Source: Myxococcales bacterium (GTDB lineage Bacteria; Myxococcota_A; Polyangia; Polyangiales; Polyangiaceae). From it: 64,000 nt of DNA. Position numbers and translations under genes: made by a program. The notes beneath the pieces were generated by a model. It did not search any database and was not told the DNA's origin. It saw nothing but the letters and a program-made list of their open reading frames with translations. This document shows, in pieces, positions 45,389-54,400 of this stretch; position 1 is the first letter of the stretch, and each line of letters opens with the position of its first letter. The stretch covers positions 1 through 64,000 of the forward strand of contig JAYTOU010000053.1 of NCBI GenBank assembly GCA_043747615.1, in the 5' to 3' direction.

Positions 45389-48382
45389 ATGGCGCTCACT
45401 GGGATAGGTTTGGCGCTTCTGATGAGCGTCCTTCACCTGTTTCCGAAATCTGGATTCGACGAGAGCGCGATGACGCCCGTGCTCATGGGCGTCATCATCT
45501 CGTGGCTCTTCACGGAGTCTTTCGGGTGGGTATTCGCGGGACTTGTCGTCCCGGGCTACATGGCGGCGCTCTTTCTCATCGATCCCCGCTCCGCATCGAT
45601 CAACGTGATCGAGGCTATATTTACGTATGGAATCGCGCGCCTGCTCGGTGAGCACCTTCCGCGAACGGGGCTGACTTCTCGGGTATTCGGGCGCGAACGT
45701 TTTTTCTTGGTGGTCCTCGTCAGCATCGGGGTTCGCTTGGCGGTCGACGGCGTGATCCTTCCGCGCCTCGCGGCCCACGCGACCTGGGCCTTCTCCGTGG
45801 GCTTGGTGGTGGTGCCGCTGACCGCGAACTCGTGCTGGAAAACCGGCATCCCGAGGGGGATCGTGCAGAACGGCGTCCCGACGCTGATTGTCTATTTGCT
45901 CCTCCGGTTCGTATTCATTCCGCACACGAACCTCTCCCTCGCCGGCTTCACGCTGGCCACCGAGAACATCGCCGCAAGCTTCCTCGCCTCTCCCAAGGCG
46001 TACATCCTGTTGCTCACCGGGGCGCTCATCGCGGCGTTCACCAACGTGAGATACGGCTGGGATTTCAATGGAATTCTCATCCCTGCCCTGCTCGCGCTCG
46101 TCGTGATCAGCCCCGTCAAATTCATCGTCACTCTCGTCGAAGTGCTTGTCCTCATTCTCGCGGTGCGCGTTCTCGTGGCCGTCACGCCGCTTCGTCGCGC
46201 GAACATCGAAGGGCCGCGGCGCCTGGTGATTTTTTTCACGGTCGACTACGCGCTTCGCTTCGCTTTCGCCGCGATCATGGGGCGAGATCTCCCTGGCGCG
46301 GACATCGTCGATCTCATGGGCTTCGGCTATCTCCTGCCAACACTCCTCGCCGTGAAAGCCTCTCAGAAGGGAATTACGGCGCTCGTGGTGCTCCCGACCG
46401 TGAGCGTGAGCCTCGCGGGATTCGGCGTCGGAACGCTGATCGGATTCGGCGCAATGATGGTCGACAGCTCGGCGGCAACCACCGGACGAGCCCCGGTCGA
46501 ACGTGTCCTTCCGCAAGCACCGAACGCCATCCCGGCAGCGGCACTGTGGGTCGCAGCGCTCGCACGGCAGGAAGGGGCATGCGCCGCGGTGGGTGCCGGC
46601 CTTCCTCCATCGAAGGTGGCAGCACTTGTCGACGAGCTCCTCCTTGCGCGCACCACGCGGCCCCCCGCTTACCTCCAAGATCAATGGCTCGAGGGGGGCG
46701 TGCTTCTCTTGCGCGAGCGGTTCGCGTCGCTCCAGGATCGCTTCGGCGACCCTGCGATTTTGGCTGTTCCGCGCTCTTTGGCCGCGGTGAAAAAGAGGGT
46801 GGTGCTCTTCGCTTCGCGTCCCGTGAGCGAGCCGGAAGTGGCTCTCGCTGCCGGTCGGTTGCTGGCGAATCACGGCGCGGACACCCTGGTCATCGCGGGG
46901 GTCGAAGAGAGCGACGCACGTCTGCGGGGGTGCCTAGGATCGGGGCTGGCCATCGCGCGCGCGCTCGCCGGAGAGCCTCGGACGGAACGCGGACTGCTCG
47001 TCGAAGTGCGAAAGAGCAAGACGGCCACCGCTCATGTCTACATTCACTCGCGCGTCGGCACCGACCGCGAAGTGCAGGAGCTCATCAACCAAGCCCACGC
47101 CGACGGCACTCCCGTCGAGGCCCATCCGATGACCACGAGCGAAGACGCCGAGGTGGTGCTCGAGCTCCCGCTGACGGGCAACGAAAAATGGCTTGCCGTC
47201 CCCACGGTGAGTCAGCCGCTTGTGAGCTCGACAATGATGGCCATCGCGCTCGATGGCGTTCGAGCGTCGCAAAATCGTCCCTCACTCGAGGAGCTGCTCG
47301 CGCTCCGCCGCCTTGCGATCGAGCCCCTCCTCGGTGCCGAGGCCACCAGCCGGTCCCTCGGTTTTCTCCGGTATTCCGCGGCAATTCTCGGGTATCAACT
47401 TCTCGGCCCATCGCCCCTCGCGGGCGGCGAAGACGCTCTCGCGCTCGTTCCCGGGGAGTCGCCGCGACCGCTCGCGATCATCGCACGCGCGAGCGGAGTC
47501 AAGAGAACGGTCCTCGAAGTTCCACGTGGCTTCGAGGACGGCCTGCGCGACCTCGGCCTGCGCCTCGGCAACGTCACCCATGCCGATGCGTTCCTCATTG
47601 GTCTCGAGCCGGGGCTCTCGCTCTTCAGCAGCGATGTCTTTCGAGAGGCTCACGCCGTGGCTACGTCGCAGCGTCCGAGCCGGACCGCGGCGGTGATCCT
47701 TCTTCGCGATCGAGTGGTCGACTCAACCCGCGTGGGAATTGCGGAGCTCGGAACCTGGGGCGGTGCGGGTGTTCCGGCGCTGCAAGCTGCCGTGGAGCAA
47801 GGGTTGAAATCCGTCGGCGTCGCGTCGTCGCCCGCGCCGCTCGACCTCGCTGCGCGTGAGGCAACGGGACGGAGCTTGCTCGGGGAGACGCCGCTCGTCA
47901 CGGTCACCGTGGACTCCACCGCTCTTGTCGCAACGTCGCTCAACGCAGCCCGCAGAGCGGCACGCCAATTCCCGGAGCTCACGACCTACGACGGGACCTG
48001 CGGAGAAATCGCCGCGCGCCTCGTGGCCTTGCTTCCGCAAGGTGGTGATACCGCTCCGGCCGATCTCATCGACGTGGCTCGTCGTGCGGCCTTCGAGGAG
48101 AGCGTGGTCGCCAATCGTACGTTCGAAGCAGCCGTCGCTCACACCGGGGTCCGTGCTGCGATTGCGAGCTCCGGCGCGGGCGTCTACGTTGTCTCGGTGC
48201 GTCGCGTCGGTCGCACCTTGCTCATCGGAGCCGCTCCCACGACGGCTCCGGCGGCGACGCCCCGAGAAGCGGGAGGGCTAGCGTCGATGGCGGTCGGCGG
48301 CTTGCCGCAGCGTGCTGACTCGTTCGCGGAGTGCGCGACGCGGATCTCGAACGGCGGCTCCTGCCGCGTGGAGGCGCTGTGA
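45389..48382 (+). CDS. tandem PgsC/CapC-domain membrane protein with large C-terminal soluble region
   Basis: GWVFAGLVVPGYMAA...FGRERF and second copy GWDFNGILIPALLAL...EGPRRL resemble CapC. Alternative start ATG 45422. Confidence 0.8.
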   Translation: MALTGIGLALLMSVLHLFPKSGFDESAMTPVLMGVIISWLFTESFGWVFAGLVVPGYMAALFLIDPRSASINVIEAIFTYGIARLLGEHLPRTGLTSRVFGRERFFLVVLVSIGVRLAVDGVILPRLAAHATWAFSVGLVVVPLTANSCWKTGIPRGIVQNGVPTLIVYLLLRFVFIPHTNLSLAGFTLATENIAASFLASPKAYILLLTGALIAAFTNVRYGWDFNGILIPALLALVVISPVKFIVTLVEVLVLILAVRVLVAVTPLRRANIEGPRRLVIFFTVDYALRFAFAAIMGRDLPGADIVDLMGFGYLLPTLLAVKASQKGITALVVLPTVSVSLAGFGVGTLIGFGAMMVDSSAATTGRAPVERVLPQAPNAIPAAALWVAALARQEGACAAVGAGLPPSKVAALVDELLLARTTRPPAYLQDQWLEGGVLLLRERFASLQDRFGDPAILAVPRSLAAVKKRVVLFASRPVSEPEVALAAGRLLANHGADTLVIAGVEESDARLRGCLGSGLAIARALAGEPRTERGLLVEVRKSKTATAHVYIHSRVGTDREVQELINQAHADGTPVEAHPMTTSEDAEVVLELPLTGNEKWLAVPTVSQPLVSSTMMAIALDGVRASQNRPSLEELLALRRLAIEPLLGAEATSRSLGFLRYSAAILGYQLLGPSPLAGGEDALALVPGESPRPLAIIARASGVKRTVLEVPRGFEDGLRDLGLRLGNVTHADAFLIGLEPGLSLFSSDVFREAHAVATSQRPSRTAAVILLRDRVVDSTRVGIAELGTWGGAGVPALQAAVEQGLKSVGVASSPAPLDLAAREATGRSLLGETPLVTVTVDSTALVATSLNAARRAARQFPELTTYDGTCGEIAARLVALLPQGGDTAPADLIDVARRAAFEESVVANRTFEAAVAHTGVRAAIASSGAGVYVVSVRRVGRTLLIGAAPTTAPAATPREAGGLASMAVGGLPQRADSFAECATRISNGGSCRVEAL

Positions 48383-50439
48383 AACGGCGCGGGGCAAACG
48401 ACAAAGTAGCGCTCAACGAAGAGCGGAGCTTCACGAGCCACGACCAGCTCGTGCTCATCGAAGCGACGAGCACGAAGATCCAGAGCAGCGGCCGATGGAC
48501 CCCGTACGTTCTTCTCGTGGGATTCGCGATCGGGCTTCTTTTTGCGGTCCGCGAGATTGCTCGCATCGAACGCACGTTGACGGCCGAGGGCGCGCTCGCC
48601 CGCCGCGTCGTGGTCTACGAGGTGCTGCCCGGAAAAGAATTTCGCGTGCCGATGGAGCCAGACACGGAGGTGTTTCGGCTCGTTATGCATCTCCTAAGGC
48701 GCGGCCCGATCTCTCCGGAGAACCACCTCGTCAAGCTCGCGGTGACGGTGCGGGGCGCGCAGGGCACGCGCACAGAAGAGCTGATCTTCTCGGCGCCGTG
48801 GACGACGGATCGCGTGAAGCCTGAAGACCCGGGGATCGTGGTGGGCGATCCGGTCGGCGCGAACGTGGAGGTGACCGGCCTCGGCGCCGGCGACCTCACC
48901 CTTGCCTTGAAAGACGTCGAAGGGGCAGACGGTCTCCTCGTGCGCGTCTACCGTCGAGAGTCACTCAAGACGAGCGACGCCCTTCGCCAACGCGAGAACA
49001 TCGAGATCGGCAAACGCGAGCATCTAGCGCGACGCGCGGGAGAGATCGACTGGACCGATCTCGACGACGGCGAGCATTCGCAGCTCCTCGCTGCGCGCTG
49101 GAAAAGAGTGGCCGTGCTGAGCGACTCGGGGCACGAGCTCACGCCTCGTGCGATCGCCCTCGCCCCGGCGCCAAGCAAGGGCAGCAAGGTAACGGAGCCG
49201 GTCGCCTGGTCGCGTGAGCTTCGCGCGAACGCGAAGGCCGCAGTCATCGCTCATGGTCCGGTGTCCGTCGTTGCCCGCGATCACAACAACCCCCAGGCGC
49301 GGATCACCGCCACGCTCCGCGATGAGAGCGGCACGGTGAAGCGCGAGATGCAGGGGGAGGCATCGATCGAGGTGAAAGCGGATCAAGTGACCGGCATCGA
49401 GTTTAGCCTCCAGGAAGAGGGCTCGCTGGCCATCTCTGCGTCCGACGTGACGAAGCTCGAGCTTCCGACGAAAGTGGCGTACTGGAGGGTCACGCCGAAG
49501 ACGCCAGCCCTGATCCAAGCGGGCATGGAGCCCCTCGTGGTCCGCGTCGGATGTCGCCGCGTCGTAGCCTCCGACACGCCGGGCCCGTTCACTCTCAGCC
49601 TTCGCGTGTCCACCGCGGTGGGGAAGGTGCGCACCGAAGAAATCATCACCTCGGCCGAATTTCGGTCGGACTACGATGGGTACGATGGACGTGGAGACGC
49701 CGTGTCGGAGAAAGTCGAGCGCTATGTGCTCGTTCCGCGTGGTGGGCTCGTGAGCCTCGCGCCCGTCGACGGCGTCCTCGACATTTCGATCTCCGAGCTC
49801 GATCCCACGATCGGTCCGAAGCACATACCCGCGGCTTCTGCGCGCGCTGATGCTCCGAAACGCGAGACGATGGTCAAGGTGGGAGCGGCAGACTGGAAAG
49901 GTTTCGTGCCGCGGCGTCCGACGAACCTCGGAGCGTTCGACGGTCAAGCGCGCGGCTTTTTCGCCGTGGCCCACCGGTTCGAGCCTCTTTCCTCGAGGAT
50001 CGAGGCAGATGCGTCGTTCCGTTTTACGCGCCCGCCGGCGGCAAAAGCCAACATGATCGGAGAGCGAATGTTCGAGCCCGCAGGTCTTCCCCTTCCGTTC
50101 ACCATGGTGGGCGGCGTCGCCATCGCGCTCCCGGTTCATCTACAGTCGGCGGAGCGGGTCGAGGTCGTCGCCGAGATCGATGGAGACGTTCCCCTCCGCC
50201 GTGCAACGGGGCTCGTCGCTCACCTGACGACCGCGCGCTCCATGACGGTGGAAGGCGAAGTGACCGCAACGATCGTTCTCGGCGACGACCTCGCTCCAGG
50301 TCCGCACGTCCTCACCTTCTTGCCCGCAACACCGGGGACGAAACTAGTTCAGGTGCACGTCCCGTGGGCGGCGAAGAAATCCGTCGCTCCACCGAAGAAG
50401 CACGCCGATTCACACTGGGTCGCGGCGGACTCCGAATGA
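48379..50439 (+). CDS. hypothetical protein with single N-terminal TM and beta-rich extracytoplasmic region
   Basis: GTGA overlap with the upstream stop; TM YVLLVGFAIGLLFAV. Confidence 0.8.
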   Translation: MKRRGANDKVALNEERSFTSHDQLVLIEATSTKIQSSGRWTPYVLLVGFAIGLLFAVREIARIERTLTAEGALARRVVVYEVLPGKEFRVPMEPDTEVFRLVMHLLRRGPISPENHLVKLAVTVRGAQGTRTEELIFSAPWTTDRVKPEDPGIVVGDPVGANVEVTGLGAGDLTLALKDVEGADGLLVRVYRRESLKTSDALRQRENIEIGKREHLARRAGEIDWTDLDDGEHSQLLAARWKRVAVLSDSGHELTPRAIALAPAPSKGSKVTEPVAWSRELRANAKAAVIAHGPVSVVARDHNNPQARITATLRDESGTVKREMQGEASIEVKADQVTGIEFSLQEEGSLAISASDVTKLELPTKVAYWRVTPKTPALIQAGMEPLVVRVGCRRVVASDTPGPFTLSLRVSTAVGKVRTEEIITSAEFRSDYDGYDGRGDAVSEKVERYVLVPRGGLVSLAPVDGVLDISISELDPTIGPKHIPAASARADAPKRETMVKVGAADWKGFVPRRPTNLGAFDGQARGFFAVAHRFEPLSSRIEADASFRFTRPPAAKANMIGERMFEPAGLPLPFTMVGGVAIALPVHLQSAERVEVVAEIDGDVPLRRATGLVAHLTTARSMTVEGEVTATIVLGDDLAPGPHVLTFLPATPGTKLVQVHVPWAAKKSVAPPKKHADSHWVAADSE

Positions 50440-51419
50440 GCGCCGCCACACGACACGCAGCGCTCCGCGTGACGGCACTCGCCGTAGGACTGCTCGCGCT
50501 AGGATGTAGCCGTAAAGAGAAGCTCGCCGAAGCCCCCGCGGTCGACCCCTCATCAAACCAAAAGGATTCCCCGGTGGAGAACGTTCAAACGGAATGTCCC
50601 GCGGCCCTCGTCGCGGCGCGGCGCGGTGGAACCGACTCGGATCGCTACGTCGCTCCAAGCGAGGCCGAGCGCGCAGCGATGCGCGACGCCGCCGCACTTC
50701 TCGTCTCCGGCGGAGCGAGCGCGCGTGCCGCGGCAACGGCAAAGGCAGCAACGGCGGGCTTCGATATTCTAGACGTGCCCGAGATTCCTGGAGCGGTTCT
50801 CCTCCGCGAAAAAGACGACCATCGACAGGGCGGCGGCGCCTACCTGCTTCGCCTCGACGCGCACTCCGATGTGGTCGTCCAGGCCCCGCACACGTTCTTC
50901 GACGAGGGCACGCTCCCCCTCGGCTGCGAGCTTTTCTACCGCGCAAAGGCCCGCGCGTTCTTCATCGACACGGCGCATCGCTACAAGGCTGCGGCCCAGA
51001 CAGAGGAGGGCGACCACCCCGCCGACGTCGCGCACTCTACGACCTCCACTTTTCAAGCGATGACCGAAGGCGTCTTGCGAACCATCCCTCATGCAACTCT
51101 CGTTCAGCCCCACGGTTTCTCGAAGCGCGACGCGGTGACCGTCGTCCTGTCAAATGGCGAAGGCCGTCCGGGAAATCCCTTGGTCGGGCGCGCCGCAGGG
51201 CGGCTTACGAAGATCTCCGGCCCGGGCGTGAAGCGGTTTCCGGAGGACACGGGTGAGCTCGGCGCGACGAAGAACGTGCAGGGCGCCGCGGTGCGTGCGT
51301 CCGGCGGTCGCTTCCTCCACGTCGAGATCGCCGCCCAGCTGCGGCACGATCTCCTTCGCGACGCGCAGCTCCGTGCCCGATTTTTCGACGCGCTCGCGAT
51401 CAGCGTGAACGAACCATGA
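50436..51419 (+). CDS. lipoprotein, putative zinc-dependent (poly-gamma-glutamate hydrolase/amidohydrolase-like) enzyme
   Basis: Lipobox ALGC; VVVQAPHTFFDEGT, DVAH, LVQPHGF and FLHVEI; ATGA overlaps at both ends. Confidence 0.65.
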   Translation: MSAATRHAALRVTALAVGLLALGCSRKEKLAEAPAVDPSSNQKDSPVENVQTECPAALVAARRGGTDSDRYVAPSEAERAAMRDAAALLVSGGASARAAATAKAATAGFDILDVPEIPGAVLLREKDDHRQGGGAYLLRLDAHSDVVVQAPHTFFDEGTLPLGCELFYRAKARAFFIDTAHRYKAAAQTEEGDHPADVAHSTTSTFQAMTEGVLRTIPHATLVQPHGFSKRDAVTVVLSNGEGRPGNPLVGRAAGRLTKISGPGVKRFPEDTGELGATKNVQGAAVRASGGRFLHVEIAAQLRHDLLRDAQLRARFFDALAISVNEP

Positions 51420-54400
51420 GCGGCGGTCGCTTTTTACATCGACTCTTCGCGGCGAACGTCATCGTCGGACTCGCTCTTTTCGTCGTGGGGTGCGGGCCGC
51501 GCGTTCCAGCGAAAGGTCCGGTCCCCGATGCCCAGTCGTCCTTCGCCGCGTGGACGCCGGCCGAAGTGGAAAGCGCGACGAGCACGCTCGGGCTAGCTCT
51601 CGACTTGATCGACGTACGCGGAGGTCAGCTCGTCAGGATCGTCACCGATCGCCCGATCGACGTGGGCGAGCGCGTGCGCACCGGCGGCGTCTCTGCCGAG
51701 ACATGGTGGAAGGCTTCACCGAAAGACGGAGTCGTCGTGCTTCGGACCTCGCTCTTCGCGACGGCCCTCATCGCCCCGCAACGCACGTTCGCAGACGTTC
51801 AGCTCGGACGGGGATCAGACCCAGGCGTCTACTGGTTCGATCTTGAGGCTCGCGTTCTCGATTGGGCGGGAGGGCCGCTGCCAGCACCGTTCCCGCACGT
51901 CGCGCAGCCTGACCGCATCGATCTCGAGTTCTTTCAGGCCCTCGATCACGCGCTGCAAGACGACGTCGCCCACGCCAAGAATCACGAGGCTGCGAGCGAG
52001 TTAGCGCGATCGATTCGCCGCGTTGCGGGGTTGCGTGCAATTCGCGCGCTCCGACCGGCGTCGGGTTTTCCTTACTTCTTCAACTACGACGTCGACGGGC
52101 GCGGCGGCGCCGTGGTCCAGGACGGCACCCACTCCGGATACCAAATCTCCCCCGACCACCCGGTCGAGCTCACGGTCGAGGGCCCGCAGCTCCTCTATGT
52201 CTGGACGAAGGCGCAAAAGCAGGAGGCAGAAGAGACCCTCGACCTTCGAGTGATGGAGGGAAAGAAGGAACGCGCTTCGAGCCTGGCCACGGTTGCCCGC
52301 GCCACGACGACCACCACGTCCGCCGAAGCCGCGCCGGGCTCGACGTACAACGCAGGAGCGACGCTCCTTCCTCTGCGCCGCGCGCTGATCCACGTTCCGC
52401 CGGGCGCTCACACCTACCAGATGAAGATCGCCGGAGGGCCGGCCGTCGTCTTCCCAATCACGGCGAAGCCCGTTTTGCACCTGGGTGATGCGTTCGCAGG
52501 AACAGCGAGCGAGACGAGCCAGCTCGAACGAGCGAAGAGCGCGTGCGGGAACGCGTCCGGTATCTGCGCGATGGCGATGGCTCTCCGCGGTGAAGATCGC
52601 GAGGCGTCTTGGACGACCGCGATCGCGGCCACGGGTCAGATCTCGCGCGCCGTCGCCGAGGACATTTCCGCAGGCGCACCCCAAGACCCGACCTTGCGGA
52701 TCGAACGGGCGGCGTCGCGCGGCGACTCAGCGTCCCTCACGAAGCTGTCAGCCATGGCAGGCCATACGGTCGACGAAGCCGTTCGTCACGCCTGGGTTCG
52801 CGCGCTCGAAAAAGGGACGGAGTGGGGCGTAGCCGACGCAGAGACGGGCGACGGAACGTGGGCCGCGCTTTTTCTCGAGCACAAAACCGAGCTGCCGATC
52901 TGCAGAAAGGTCATGGAGTCGACGTGGCCCGAGGTGACCGATCAGGAGGCCAATTATAAGGCCGGGCACTGGCACGGAGTACCCACCGTGGAGTTCGTGG
53001 CCACGGGGCCGTGCGACGGCCTCGGAGCCGTTGAGCTCTCCGTCGACGGAGACAACCTCAACGCGAATCCTGGCGGAGCGCTCGTCCATTGGCACGTACG
53101 GGTCGCGGGCGACGTTGCACGCGTGAGCCGGAAGGACAGGGGCGCGACCCACGTCTATGCGATCCCAGTCGAGCTCGCTGCGTGTGGTGCGACCTGGGAA
53201 TCGGTCCGCGCGCCGCACATCGCATCGACGTCTCCGAAGCTGACCTTCGGAGAGTCGAGCCATGGTCCAGGTCTCGAAATTTGGCTCCAGGCAGACTCGG
53301 TGCATGGCGAGGTCGTCGTCACCCCTCTGCGTGCGGATGCGGGCGAGAGCTTCCGGATCGTCGTCGACTCGCCAAAGGACACGGGGGCGAAGGAGAGCCT
53401 CGCCGCGATCGACGACAAAGGCGTTCGCTGGCTTCGCGTGGCAAGGGTGGCCCTTCCCGCCTGGGCTGCGGTGGGAGTGCAGATCGGCGGCCCGACCGAC
53501 GTCGCCGTGCGAGCCATGACCCGAAAAGCGCGCACGCCGACTGCAGGCGCGGAGCGAGCCACGACGCTTTTGCCCGAGCCCGCGGACGAAGCAGCCTTCG
53601 TGAAGATCACCCGCGAGCTCCTCGCCCTCCCGCGCCGTGAGCGCGGCCCTTCCTACTTGGCCCGGGCCCTGATGCTTGCCCGCTCCGGCGCCAGGCGCGG
53701 CGCGCTCGAAGACGCTCAAACCGCAGCGATCCTCGGAGCACGCGGACCGAACGCCGAGGACGCGGTCGCACTCGTTCGTACGCAGCTCCGCCCTCGAGCG
53801 ACTGCGCAGTCGCTCCCACAGGGCATGCACGCGTACGCCGTCGAGAGCGATTTCGAGCCGGGCGCACGGCGCTGCGAAGCGGGCAACGGTCCACGCGCGA
53901 GGGTCGCTGCCACGGTCGCCGAAATGGCCGCGTTCACGAAAGCCCACGAGAAGGACAAAGATCACCCCTATGACGCGGCGCTCGCCATGCGCGTGAACGA
54001 AGCGGTGTCTGCGAGCCCGCTCGATCCGCGCGCCGCAGCGCTGGTCACTCGCTCCGCAGCAGGCTCGCGCTGGAAGCTTCGCCGTGAGGTGATCGGCAAC
54101 GCGCAGCGAGTTCCGCGCGAAAGAGTTACGCGACACGAGGGCCCCATCGAGAACGGCGCCGAGCTCCGACCGCGCGTTCTCACGGGCGCGCCTTTCGAAG
54201 ACGGCACCTACGCGATCCTCAGCCAAACGCGTCCTGCGAAAGCGATCCTCGCCAAAACCGTCGCCAAGTCGCAGCTCCAGATCGCCTGCGTGCGCCGCAC
54301 GGAAACGTTGGAAACCAGCGCGCGCTGTCCCATCTTCGTCACGGTCGGAACGAATCCGCCCGTGAACCCGGAGATCGGGCCGGACGGTCGCGTGAACTTC

